Shown here in pieces: positions 1 through 9,113 of a stretch of DNA of 29,082 nt. Every line of letters begins with the position of its first letter. Position 1 is the first letter of the stretch. Origin of the DNA: Synechococcus sp. (lineage in GTDB: Bacteria > Cyanobacteriota > Cyanobacteriia > Thermostichales > PCC-7336). The notes below the pieces were generated by a model. It was not told the DNA's origin. It did no database searches and worked only from the letters and a program-made list of their open reading frames with translations. The stretch spans positions 1 to 29,082 of the forward strand of contig JBFRWN010000094.1 of NCBI GenBank assembly GCA_051439605.1, written 5' to 3'. The position numbers and the translations under genes were made by a program.

Positions 1-105
1 GTTTGGCTCAACAGCAAGGCTCACATTTCCAACTTGACGCCCGCACGTCTCAAAATACTGCGATTCCTCGGTGCACCTTGCCAAAAATATTATCTGGTTT
101 GCTGA
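1..105 (+). CDS. IS1634-like transposase, C-terminal fragment (truncated by window edge)
   Basis: Open frame 1..105 ending in TGA, with the C-terminal motif ILRFLGAPCQKYY. Confidence 0.7.
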   Translation, partial: VWLNSKAHISNLTPARLKILRFLGAPCQKYYLVC

Positions 106-124
106 TCAACCTGCGGAATGTGCG
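1..124 (+). mobile_element. Right end of an IS1634-like (IS4 superfamily) insertion sequence: transposase C-terminus plus terminal inverted repeat
   Basis: Frame 1 (1..105) reads VWLNSKAHISNLTPARLKILRFLGAPCQKYYLVC*, resembling cyanobacterial IS1634 transposase C-termini (ISNLT..R..IL..LG..CQKYY). It is followed by ACCTGCGGAATGTGCG (109..124), resembling the IS1634 TIR, then TTAA. Confidence 0.75.
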
Positions 125-176
125 TTAACGGGAAAAGTCAGGTGCCATCATAAAGCTTTTGCCCTCTCAGTTAGGA

Positions 177-213
177 CAGCGCTCTCATGCTCAGTCAGGG
201 GTCGAGAGCGCTG
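177..213. terminator. 10-bp perfect inverted repeat hairpin downstream of the NIL-ferredoxin gene
   Basis: CAGCGCTCTC (177-186) / GAGAGCGCTG (204-213), 17-nt loop, 26 nt past the minus-strand stop at 240. No clear U-tract. Confidence 0.4.
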
Positions 214-239
214 AAATGGCCGACTCGGCTGGACGATCG

Positions 240-644
240 CTATAACGCAGCGCTGAGGGCGTCCACCGGACAGGTGGGAATGCACTGCTCGCACATGATG
301 CAGCGGTTACGCAAATATTGCAGCTGAAATGACTCTTTATCTAAAAACAGTGCCTCCGTAGGGCACACCCCCGTGCAGAGGCCACAGTCCACGCAGCGAT
401 CGCGATCGATTTGAATTTCGCTGCTACTCTCAGAAACTTTAATCCCCTGCGATCTGGTCCATTCCAGGCTGGCTTCTACCTGGTCGATATCCCCTGACAG
501 TTCCACCACCAGCGTGCCCACCTCATCGGGTGCCACCTGGGCGCGCACGATATTCGCCGCCACATCAAAGTCGCGGGCTAGACGATAAGTCAGGGGAAGG
601 TTGACCACGTGGCGAGGGAAAATCAAGCTAACGCGCTTGCGCAT
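240..644 (-). CDS. NIL domain-containing 2x[4Fe-4S] ferredoxin
   Basis: N-terminal NIL/ACT-like domain (ANIVRAQV..GTLVVELSG) and two CxxCxxCxxxCP motifs (CVDCGLCTGVCP, CIMCEQCIPTCP). Confidence 0.92.
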   Translation of the reverse strand: MRKRVSLIFPRHVVNLPLTYRLARDFDVAANIVRAQVAPDEVGTLVVELSGDIDQVEASLEWTRSQGIKVSESSSEIQIDRDRCVDCGLCTGVCPTEALFLDKESFQLQYLRNRCIMCEQCIPTCPVDALSAAL

Positions 645-712
645 AACAGAAGGGTGATGGGAGGTAGCTCAATTCTGGAGAATTTGACCTTCAACGGCAA
701 GTGTGTGCTTTT

Positions 713-1414
713 TCACTTGTCCTCGTTAAGCTGTACGGTTTCTTCTCCCAACCCCTCACCCATCGCCGCAATCAACTCCCCCAAAGACTTTTCTGGAGCA
801 TCCGACTTGGCCACAATCTCCAAAATAGTGTTGCGGGCTGAGGGTTCGAATAATGCATCCACACATACTTTTGCCACTTTTGTGCGTGGAATACTCCCTT
901 CAAACAGCGTATCGGCCTTGGCCAGAATGATGTTGTCGGCGTTGTCTTCGTTTTTGAGGCCCCCAGGGCGCACGATGGTATAGGTAATGCCACTGTTTCG
1001 GATGTAAGCCTCCGCCTGATGCTTCCAGTACAGCACCAGCCAGAACAGGTTGAGGGGATGCAAAAACTTAGAGACGCATAGCGAAGACACGATGACAAAG
1101 TGTTCGATTCCCTGAGTTTTCGCTGCATCCACAAGATTTTTGGTGCCTATGTAGTCCACCTGAAATGGTCCCGTAGGATTTAAGCTCGGTCGAGCTCCGG
1201 TAGCGCAAATCAACGTGGTGGCATCGCCAATCGCTGCTGTTAGACTCGAGCGATCGCCCACATCCCCCGTCACAACTTCTATCCCTGCTGGCAGCAAGGA
1301 TTCAGCTGCCTCGCGATCGCGTACCACTGCCCGCACGGGAATGTCGCGACCGACCAACTCCTTTACAATCCGCTGACCCGTTGCACCGGTTGCACCCACC
1401 ACACAGACTTTCAT
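713..1414 (-). CDS. NAD(P)-binding atypical SDR / NmrA-Tic62-like oxidoreductase
   Basis: VVGATGATG Rossmann motif; VDYIGTKNLVDAAK, YWKHQAE and TIVRPGGL motifs. Confidence 0.88.
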   Translation of the reverse strand: MKVCVVGATGATGQRIVKELVGRDIPVRAVVRDREAAESLLPAGIEVVTGDVGDRSSLTAAIGDATTLICATGARPSLNPTGPFQVDYIGTKNLVDAAKTQGIEHFVIVSSLCVSKFLHPLNLFWLVLYWKHQAEAYIRNSGITYTIVRPGGLKNEDNADNIILAKADTLFEGSIPRTKVAKVCVDALFEPSARNTILEIVAKSDAPEKSLGELIAAMGEGLGEETVQLNEDK

Positions 1415-1563
1415 GCGTCACCCTTCACTCAAAACGCGTCGTTATGCTTTCACTTTACTGTTGCTTAAAAGCACAGTAGGCAATGTTTTGGTTTGTTGGG
1501 TGAACTGTAGAGATGATTTGTTATTTCTCGATAACATCTGCCAGCTGCCGATCGGTGACCCTC

Positions 1564-2766
1564 TCAGCGCAAATATTCATCCTTCAACAACAAGTAATAC
1601 AACTGCCCACTGTGATTGATTTCTCCGGCGATCGCCTTAGCCTCATCCCCAACCCCAGTGAATATATCCACCCGACCGGGGCCGCGAATGGCACTGCCAG
1701 TATCGTGATCGAGCACGTAGCGACTGGCTGGAAGAACCTGCATCGAACCATCTGCCTGTCTTTGGGGCAGTGGACTGCGTAACACCGCCAGTGCCCCAGG
1801 TGGCATCAGGCTTTTATCTGTTGCGATCGAACGACCTGCAACTACGGGTACGCCCAAGCTCCCCCGTGGTGGTGCGCCAGCTGTCTCCTCAAAAAACACA
1901 AACCGCTGATTTCTGGGTATATAGCGATCGAGATGGCTGGGGTTGTCCGCAAAATAGGCCAGTACTTTGGGGAGAGTGAGCTCCTCAAGGGTAAAGACTC
2001 CATCTGCCACCAGTTGCTTGCCAATGCTGGTGTAGGGGTAATCGGTGCTACCGGCATATCCCACTGACACCGTACTGCCATCGGTCATGTCCAACCGAGC
2101 CGATCCCTGCACCTGAATCAAAAATGCTTCCAGGCGATCCCTCAGCCACACCAGCTCTTGGCCTGCAAGCATACTGTGCTGCCATTGGAGTCCGTCAGCA
2201 CCCTCCAGCTCCAGGCGGGTGGGATGGGGGCTGGCCGATAGGTTTTCTGGATACTTGAACAGCGGGTATCGATACTGCTCGGTGGAGATTCGACTAGCGG
2301 GGTAGGTGGGGGTAAAGTACCCGGTAAACTCCACCGTACCTTCGCCATCTTTCCCTGCGGCTTGATAGAACTCAAACTCCTGCTGGACAAGCAATTGCAG
2401 TTCTGCAGCTGTGCTGGATTGCGCAAGCAGCGTTTGGAAGCGTAGCAAGCTGCGTCGTACCCGTTCTAAGGTCACCTCTGACAGCGGATAGGATTGATAT
2501 GCGGTTTGTGCGGAAGGGGTGTTCAGATAGCTGAGACTAAAGTCCACGGCCTGGTGTAGTCGAGATTTGTCCTGGGAAAACGTAGGGTCTATGGCGATGT
2601 TGGAAAACAGCTTTGAGGCCTCAACTGGGCGAATGGCTGCGGACTCAGCGTTAGCAGGGGCTGAGAACGACACCGCAAACGTGCCTAAGCAAGCAATGGC
2701 GATCGCCTGACACCCAAAGCGATACCGCCATCGGCTGAAACTCTCTTTAGCCTTCAAACGACGCAT
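1564..2766 (-). CDS. mltA: Murein transglycosylase A (MltA family)
   Basis: FTGYFTP, QVQGSARL, YTSIGKQL, RSIATD and DTGSAIRGPGRVDIFTG (3D domain) motifs; signal peptide. Start taken at ATG 2766 after GAGG; the ORF extends to 2805. Confidence 0.92.
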   Translation of the reverse strand: MRRLKAKESFSRWRYRFGCQAIAIACLGTFAVSFSAPANAESAAIRPVEASKLFSNIAIDPTFSQDKSRLHQAVDFSLSYLNTPSAQTAYQSYPLSEVTLERVRRSLLRFQTLLAQSSTAAELQLLVQQEFEFYQAAGKDGEGTVEFTGYFTPTYPASRISTEQYRYPLFKYPENLSASPHPTRLELEGADGLQWQHSMLAGQELVWLRDRLEAFLIQVQGSARLDMTDGSTVSVGYAGSTDYPYTSIGKQLVADGVFTLEELTLPKVLAYFADNPSHLDRYIPRNQRFVFFEETAGAPPRGSLGVPVVAGRSIATDKSLMPPGALAVLRSPLPQRQADGSMQVLPASRYVLDHDTGSAIRGPGRVDIFTGVGDEAKAIAGEINHSGQLYYLLLKDEYLR

Positions 2767-2963
2767 CCTCACACCCATCCAATCTGTGGGCATAAGCCTA
2801 CACAAATTTTGTCTCTGCTTGCAGTAGGGTTTGCTGACAAAGCGATCGCCCTAAGCAGATAAAGGCACATCTACCATCGAGTCCCCTGATTGGGCGCAGA
2901 GAGTGCGGTCCTCAGCAGAATGGCAAATTTACACAGGAATCTCAATGATTGTGGTACACCCCT

Positions 2964-2993
2964 TTGACGGCAGCTACCACCGTTGCTCATAAT
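2964..2993 (+). promoter_or_regulatory. Putative sigma70-type promoter for ppa
   Basis: TTGACG (2964-2969), 18-nt spacer, CATAAT (2988-2993), upstream of the RBS GAGG and GTG 3053. Confidence 0.4.
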
Positions 2994-3052
2994 GACCCTT
3001 GGTCTTTTTCTTAACAGCATTTAGTGCTTTTCACCAACAGAGGTATGCAACC

Positions 3053-3562
3053 GTGATCGATCTGTCTCGCATTCCCGCTCAACCCGAGCCTGGCCTATTG
3101 AACGTCTTGATTGAAATCACTGGCGGCAGCAAAAACAAGTACGAATTTGATAAAGACATGGGTGCGATGATTCTCGATCGCGTCCTGTTCTCCTCCGTTC
3201 AATATCCTTACGATTACGGCTTTGTGCCCAACACCCTTGCGGACGATGGCGATCCCCTCGATGGCATGGTCATGATGGATGAGCCCACCTTCGCCGGATG
3301 CGTCATTGCCGCTCGCCCCATCGGCATGCTGGAAATGATTGACGGTGGCGATCGCGACGAAAAAATCCTCTGCGTTCCCGCAGAAGATCCCCGTTACGCC
3401 GACATCAAGAACCTGGATGACATCCCTCAGCACCGTTTGAACGAGATCGCTGAATTCTTCGGCACCTACAAGCGCTTAGAGAAAAAGGAAACCGAGATTC
3501 TAGGTTGGAAAGGCCTGGAAGAGACCCAAGCAGTGATTGCAGAATGCCTCAAAGCTGGCTAA
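3053..3562 (+). CDS. ppa: Soluble inorganic pyrophosphatase (family I)
   Basis: [20 protein letters not shown] and DDGDPLD signature, DEKILCV, FFGTYK. Likely GTG start at 3053 with GAGG upstream. Confidence 0.96.
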   Translation: MIDLSRIPAQPEPGLLNVLIEITGGSKNKYEFDKDMGAMILDRVLFSSVQYPYDYGFVPNTLADDGDPLDGMVMMDEPTFAGCVIAARPIGMLEMIDGGDRDEKILCVPAEDPRYADIKNLDDIPQHRLNEIAEFFGTYKRLEKKETEILGWKGLEETQAVIAECLKAG

Positions 3563-4620
3563 GTTGCTTCAACCATTACTGATTTGAGGGATATTCCCGC
3601 CCGGTGGGCGGTGACTAAACCAATTGCCTCCAAATAGGAGTTCACCGTTACGGCGGGAATCCCCATAGACTCTGGAGACACCTTCATCACGGAGGTGTTT
3701 TCTTTTACGGCTATAAACAGCGGAGGACGAGCTCGACTGGCTAAATGTAAGAGTGCTGGAGCACCAAAGGCTGTTGCTGGGGCAATGGCCACGTCAAGAT
3801 CCCCTGCGGCGATCGTCTTTTCCACAATTCCGTGGTCCTTCCCAAGGCGATCGCGATCAACAAACTGAGGGGCGTAGCTGAGCCCCGCCAACACCGACGG
3901 TAAAAACGTAAACCCCACTTCCTCTGCGGCTGCGCGATCGTCCACAGGAATCGGAGGATCGTCATACAGAATGGCCGGAGCGTGGGCGCAAGGACACTGG
4001 AATTCACGCACCACCAAATGGCTTAAAATCGCTTCAATGCCCGCCAACGGATCGACGCCAATTCCCTGGCTGTAGTGCGTAAAATCTAAATCGTCGGGGA
4101 AACGAGCCACGATAGCGATCGCCTCTGCCCCCAACTGTAGCGCCTTGGATGCTGCGTCTAACAGAGCTTGGGGTTGCCCCATTGTCCCGCAACTAGCCCC
4201 AGAAGGGGCTTTCGTAATTTGTACCTCTAAAGGCTTATCTGTCACTACTTCCGCAGCAATATCGAGTCCTAGAGTTGCTTTTGCTGCTTGCATCACCTGC
4301 TGGTGTCTCAACTTCAACACAGGCTCAATCGCTGCATCCAGCACCACACCAATTTTGTTTTGGCGAACCGGCTGCAATCCCCACTGTCCTTGGCAGACCT
4401 TATCTATCCCGTACCCTTCCACATAGAGAGCGTTGGCAAGAGGCCAAAACATCGTCGCTCCGTTCAAAACATTGGGGTGGGTAATCAAACAGTCCACTGC
4501 TGCAGCCAACGTTCTGGCCACTGGAAGTGCATCCCCCGCAAATCCACCCACACTTGCCCCGATCCCGGTGGGGATCAGCAATAAAGCATTGTAGGAAGGG
4601 GTCAATCTCGGCTCCATCAC
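3559..4620 (-). CDS. DUF3326 domain-containing protein
   Basis: [44 protein letters not shown] and [11 protein letters not shown] motifs, typical of the cyanobacterial/plastid family. Confidence 0.88.
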   Translation of the reverse strand: MMEPRLTPSYNALLLIPTGIGASVGGFAGDALPVARTLAAAVDCLITHPNVLNGATMFWPLANALYVEGYGIDKVCQGQWGLQPVRQNKIGVVLDAAIEPVLKLRHQQVMQAAKATLGLDIAAEVVTDKPLEVQITKAPSGASCGTMGQPQALLDAASKALQLGAEAIAIVARFPDDLDFTHYSQGIGVDPLAGIEAILSHLVVREFQCPCAHAPAILYDDPPIPVDDRAAAEEVGFTFLPSVLAGLSYAPQFVDRDRLGKDHGIVEKTIAAGDLDVAIAPATAFGAPALLHLASRARPPLFIAVKENTSVMKVSPESMGIPAVTVNSYLEAIGLVTAHRAGISLKSVMVEAT

Positions 4621-4769
4621 AGGCTCATTTCAAGAACGGCATTCTCAAACCCTGTTGTTCTCAAACCCTATCGAGCATCCTCCCAAGCGTTTGCCCAGAT
4701 TCTCAAGCATCGCAATGGAAATAAGATATGCAGCGACCAGAGAATAACAATTGCCCAGTATCGGGAAAC

Positions 4770-4982
4770 TTAGCAAGTCGGTACTGTAGCGACCACTTCC
4801 ACCTGCACGAATCGCAGGCGATCCGTGTGGTTGTTTTGGACAGCAGTGATGGCCCAACGCAACAGCTGGGCTTGGGGATAACGCTTTCTCACAACGTCAG
4901 ATAGACGGTGCTCCCAATCGCCATCAGCAGTCAAGTTAGCAGGGACTGCATCCAATTGCAGTTCTAAGAACTTGAGCTCCAA
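4770..4982 (-). CDS. Small conserved cyanobacterial hypothetical protein (70 aa)
   Basis: TTG start 5 nt after the ferredoxin stop, co-oriented in the cluster. The LLRWAITAV...VEVVAT motif is recalled from small cyanobacterial proteins. Confidence 0.65.
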   Translation of the reverse strand: MELKFLELQLDAVPANLTADGDWEHRLSDVVRKRYPQAQLLRWAITAVQNNHTDRLRFVQVEVVATVPTC

Positions 4983-4987
4983 TGTTA

Positions 4988-5302
4988 CTAGACCCCAAAT
5001 TGCAGGTCGTATACTTCGTCTTCTTTACCAGCCTCGATCTCGAGATCGGATTTTGCATAAGCAATGCAAATTAGAGAATATCCCTGTTGCTGGACTTCGG
5101 GGCTAATTCCCGCTCCAGCCGATTGATCGATGTCTCCAGAAATTACCTTGACTGCGCAGGTAGTGCAAACCCCCGCGTAGCAGGAGGAGGGCAAACTCAG
5201 ACCGGCGTCTTCAGCAGCCTGTAATACTGTTGTTCCCTCTGGCACCTGTATCGTGTCAGTTTTGCCATCGTAGTGGATGGTTACGGAATGCGTCTGGCTC
5301 AT
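4988..5302 (-). CDS. Plant-type [2Fe-2S] ferredoxin with C-terminal extension (Fed3/FdC1-like)
   Basis: LPSSCYAGVCTTCA...LICIAY cluster ligands; C-terminal EDEVYDLQFG. Confidence 0.92.
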   Translation of the reverse strand: MSQTHSVTIHYDGKTDTIQVPEGTTVLQAAEDAGLSLPSSCYAGVCTTCAVKVISGDIDQSAGAGISPEVQQQGYSLICIAYAKSDLEIEAGKEDEVYDLQFGV

Positions 5303-5338
5303 GCAGTCAATCCCAACTGTTGCGAAATCCTTATCAGA

Positions 5339-5587
5339 TTACACCTCTACCGCAGCACTAGAGTCTTCGGTTAGCTTGTTGGGCTTGCGGCATTTCTTCA
5401 CCTCAGCCGTAATTCCCATCGCCCCCTCTGTTTCCAAATCAGCAATATAGCCGGACTTGCTATCCTCCGCTTCCTGCTGACGCAGAAAAGGTCCAAAGTA
5501 ATAAACGCAGGCCGGGTTCTCGGTTGTCACCACCACCCAGTAGGCCAGACCAAGAGCTTCGGCCACGCCCGTTAATAGATTGTTCAT
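5339..5587 (-). CDS. DUF1816 domain-containing protein
   Basis: WVVVTTENPACVYYFGPF...GYIADLETEGA; located downstream of rlmB as in other cyanobacteria. Confidence 0.88.
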   Translation of the reverse strand: MNNLLTGVAEALGLAYWVVVTTENPACVYYFGPFLRQQEAEDSKSGYIADLETEGAMGITAEVKKCRKPNKLTEDSSAAVEV

Positions 5588-5661
5588 TCAACCATCCCCA
5601 ACGCTGAGAATTTACTGATGCAGGCCAACTGGACTTGCGCAGCCCGTAAGCTTTTGCAAAG

Positions 5662-6846
5662 TTATATTACTGGTAATTTTAGTGTCTTTTGCAAACGTTG
5701 ACGGTTGATTTCGGACAAAATCATTCCTGCTGCCACAGATGCATTCAGACTCTCGGTCTTTCCAGCCATCGGAATGGACAGCAAATAGTCACAAGTATTC
5801 TCTACTCGCAGCCCCAAGCCCTTGCCTTCAGCCCCGATCACAATGGCCGTTGGGCCACTAAATTCCACTTCGTAAACAGACTTGTCTCCACTGGTTCCCG
5901 TGCCGTAAATCCAAAAGCCCGCCCCCTTCAAGTGTTCGATCGCCCGCACCAAATTCACTTCGCGGGCAATGGGGAGAGTTTCTAGGGCTCCGGCAGCCAC
6001 CTTCATGACCGTAGAGGTCACCCCCACCGCCCGCCGCTGAGGAAGGATCAGTCCGTGACCGCCCATGGCTTCAGTGGTGCGGGCGATTGCTCCGAGGTTA
6101 TGGGGGTCTTGAATGCCATCTGCAACCACAATCAGCGGATCGTTTTTGGCAGTTAACGACTGCTCGATCAACGCTTGCAAGTCGGCATACTCATAGGGGG
6201 CGGCTTGTGCCGCAATCCCTTGATGTTTGCCCCCCTTTGTGATGGAGCTCAAGCGCTGCATCGACACTTCATCAATCACCGCACCGTTGGACTTGGCCTT
6301 GTCCAAGAGATTGTGAAATTTTGCGTTGTAGCGCACTTGAGGGATGACCCAAATTTTGTTCAGGGTGCGGCCTTCCTCCAATGCAGCCAAAACTGCATGG
6401 CGGCCAAACAATAGGTCGGGAGATTCATCGGCAGGTAATGAAGTTCCCGATCGTTCGGGGGCATCGTGATGCGGGCGGCGATTATCCCGGGGGTCATTAT
6501 CTTGTTGGTGTTTAGTTCGTGGGTATTTATCTCGGTGGGGCTTGTTCCGCCGGTATTGAGCCTCGGAGTATTGATTCTCGAGGTCATAATTTTGCGGGTA
6601 AGTATCCTGAAGACTATCGTCACCGCCACGATCGCTCCCCTCTCCTCGTTTTCTCACCTTAGGAGTCTGGTGGTCTTTCCTATCGGCAGACCGTTGCCGT
6701 TCTATCTTCCCCCAGTGCTGTCTACCTCTCGAACGGGCATCGCCGTAGGCACCGGATTTACGGTTACCGCCTGCACGTCCTCCACTTGATTTGCGGATGT
6801 TGGGTTTACGGCTATTGGATTTTCGTTGGGGACGTTCAGCAGACAT
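5662..6846 (-). CDS. rlmB: 23S rRNA (guanosine-2251-2'-O)-methyltransferase RlmB with long N-terminal charged extension
   Basis: GRHAVLAAL, HQGIAA, DGIQDPHNLGAIART, GAEGKGL and ESLNASVA SPOUT motifs. Confidence 0.94.
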   Translation of the reverse strand: MSAERPQRKSNSRKPNIRKSSGGRAGGNRKSGAYGDARSRGRQHWGKIERQRSADRKDHQTPKVRKRGEGSDRGGDDSLQDTYPQNYDLENQYSEAQYRRNKPHRDKYPRTKHQQDNDPRDNRRPHHDAPERSGTSLPADESPDLLFGRHAVLAALEEGRTLNKIWVIPQVRYNAKFHNLLDKAKSNGAVIDEVSMQRLSSITKGGKHQGIAAQAAPYEYADLQALIEQSLTAKNDPLIVVADGIQDPHNLGAIARTTEAMGGHGLILPQRRAVGVTSTVMKVAAGALETLPIAREVNLVRAIEHLKGAGFWIYGTGTSGDKSVYEVEFSGPTAIVIGAEGKGLGLRVENTCDYLLSIPMAGKTESLNASVAAGMILSEINRQRLQKTLKLPVI

Positions 6847-7034
6847 GGCAGATGAGTAAATAATGGGTGGGAGTTAGCTCTTTTCGCACTGACAGACATG
6901 AGTTCTGCTTGCAAGACCTCAATCGAAATCGAACTCAAGTGGGAAACAGGATGGGAGTTAACGAGAAAGAAACTGCGAAAAGACAGGAATGGGTGCAGGC
7001 AAGCAATTCTACACTGCATTTGAGCACCAGTAGC

Positions 7035-7448
7035 TCAGTCTGCCTGATTCGAACTGGAAACTGGCTGGTAAGAGGCTTGAAGGCGATCGCAGTCAGCCAG
7101 TAGTTTCGCTAGACGCAGGGGATTGCTTAAGTACAAATATCCCAACAGCGCTTCAAAGCCGCTGGCCTGTTGATAGGTCTGGGGTTCCACATTTCTCGGA
7201 ATGCGGCCACATTGATTTCTCCCCCTTTGGACAATTGCTTGCTCCTCCGCTGACAGGCTGTCCGCCAGCGCATCTAGAACGTTTGCCTGAGCCGTGGCCC
7301 GCACCCTCCCCACTACCGCCCTATGGTAGTCCTGCGTACGGCGAGGGGGTTCCAGCAACAATCGCCGCACGTGCAGTTCGTACACAGCATCTCCTAGATA
7401 GGCGAGCGCAGCTGGCGATATTCGCTTGATATCGACAGAGAGCTCCAT
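7035..7448 (-). CDS. mrnC: Mini-ribonuclease III
   Basis: LAYLGDAVYELHVR, RGRN and YQQASGFEALLGYLYL motifs; no dsRBD; adjacent to rlmB. Confidence 0.92.
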   Translation of the reverse strand: MELSVDIKRISPAALAYLGDAVYELHVRRLLLEPPRRTQDYHRAVVGRVRATAQANVLDALADSLSAEEQAIVQRGRNQCGRIPRNVEPQTYQQASGFEALLGYLYLSNPLRLAKLLADCDRLQASYQPVSSSNQAD

Positions 7449-7559
7449 CGCGATCTCAACCCCCTAACTACGCTCACTGCTCCAATCCTAGCCGCTGCAG
7501 AATAACGAGTGCTTCAAAGGACATCGATGCCATACAAACCAGCGGTTAGGAGAGTCACA

Positions 7560-7922
7560 CTACGCAGGGATGTTTTCTAGCGCTTCTTCCAAACTTTCAC
7601 GTAGTGGCAAAAACTTCTCTAGTCGCACCAATTTAATGGATTGAGTAACACGTGGATTACTAACGATTTGCAGGCTGCCAGTGCCTTCAACCTTTTTAGC
7701 CGTCTGGATCAATACACCCAATCCAGAACTATCCAAAAAATCAATTCCTTTCATGTCAAGAATTAAGTGCTGCGGTCCACTGGCCAGCAAATGATCGAAT
7801 TCTTTACGAACGTTGGGTTCGGAAAAAGCGTCAAATTGTCCCGTCAAATGTACGATTTGACAGGTTTCACGTTGTTCGTAACTGCCCCGCAAACTGACAG
7901 TCAAATTCATGGGTTCAGCGAT
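7560..7922 (-). CDS. STAS domain anti-sigma factor antagonist
   Basis: LILDMKGIDFLDSSGLGVL motif with phosphorylatable Ser. Start is either ATC 7922 (9 nt after AAGGAG) or ATG 7910. Confidence 0.9.
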   Translation of the reverse strand: MAEPMNLTVSLRGSYEQRETCQIVHLTGQFDAFSEPNVRKEFDHLLASGPQHLILDMKGIDFLDSSGLGVLIQTAKKVEGTGSLQIVSNPRVTQSIKLVRLEKFLPLRESLEEALENIPA

Positions 7923-8329
7923 GGTTCCAATCTCCTTCGACGTCGGAGCCTTACAGCGCATTTGCCTCAAATTGGCAATCTTGGGCTGCAGGGTTTCATT
8001 AGCTTACAGCAAACTATTCGCTTCGCCAGTAGGCGATCCCGTACCCCATGGGTTCGGTTGTTTTGATGGAACTAGATTGGGTGACATTCAATTCGTTGAG
8101 ATTAATTCAACAGCCGAAATACTCTTTGGACCCAGATCTGTTTGTTCTAGTTGAAATGGCTACAGCCATATCGTTTAAGTTGCATCCCCTGGCCCACTTG
8201 CACTGGAAAGAGCATGCTTTATGAAATTAAAGTCCCTTCACCCAAAACCACAGGTTTATCAGCCATTGCTATACTGTTCTCTCAAATTTATGGGGATAAG
8301 CTTGAAGCAAATCCTCGACCGGGCTTTCC

Positions 8330-8992
8330 ATGCGCACTGTTTCCTCAACCCCTAAAGCCCCACGTACCGCCAGTAAGATTGCCGTTGCCCTTGCGATTGG
8401 CTTGGGCATTGTTGGCTGGGGAGGATGGGCACTCAGTCGACTGACGCGTAAACAGGTAGCTGTGTATTGGCTCACCGATGGCAACAGCGATATCCTCTAT
8501 GTCATTCATGAGCGTGAAGTGAATGCGTTGAATGCTAGCCAGGCAATCTCCATCGGACTCAATATCCTGATTGAAGAAAACCCCCAAGAGCAGCTTTTAT
8601 CCGCGATTCCGCCGGACACCAAATTGTTGGATGCCCGTCAAGATGGCGATGAAATATTTCTGGATTTCTCCGATGAATTCACCCGCGGGGGAGGGGCCAC
8701 AAGTCTCTTGGGCAGAGTGACTCAGGTGCTCTACACTGCCACCAGCATTGCCCCAGACTCGCAGGTATGGATTGCAGTAGAGGGGAAGCCGGTTGACGTC
8801 ATCAGCGGAGAGGGACTGCTTATCGAACAACCCTTAACCCGCGCATCCTTTCCTCCCAGCTTCAAGCCCTACGAAGTCCCCTCTGAAGAACTTCCACACA
8901 ATCCATCTTCTGAGGGGCCATCGGAGAGGGATATCGATGATCATCGAACGTTTCCCAAACCCGACTTACAAACCTCAATCCTGGGATTCTAA
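8330..8992 (+). CDS. GerMN domain-containing membrane-anchored protein
   Basis: N-terminal TM helix; SAIPPDTKLL, LDFSDEFTRGGG, QVLYTAT and ISGEGL motifs. Confidence 0.88.
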   Translation: MRTVSSTPKAPRTASKIAVALAIGLGIVGWGGWALSRLTRKQVAVYWLTDGNSDILYVIHEREVNALNASQAISIGLNILIEENPQEQLLSAIPPDTKLLDARQDGDEIFLDFSDEFTRGGGATSLLGRVTQVLYTATSIAPDSQVWIAVEGKPVDVISGEGLLIEQPLTRASFPPSFKPYEVPSEELPHNPSSEGPSERDIDDHRTFPKPDLQTSILGF

Positions 8993-9113
8993 GCACAGGT
9001 GCTGGACAGAAGGATCGCCGTTTCACTGACTTGTAAAGACTCACTCTCCCAGGAGATAGGCCTATCCCATCAGGCAGGCTAGTCTAGTAGACACCGTTTC
9101 GGAAATTTACATT

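Noticed and set aside
2941..2954. 14-mer CTCAATGATTGTGG also present at 13027-13040
   Set aside because: A few 14-bp matches are expected by chance in 29 kb, and the flanks do not extend the match
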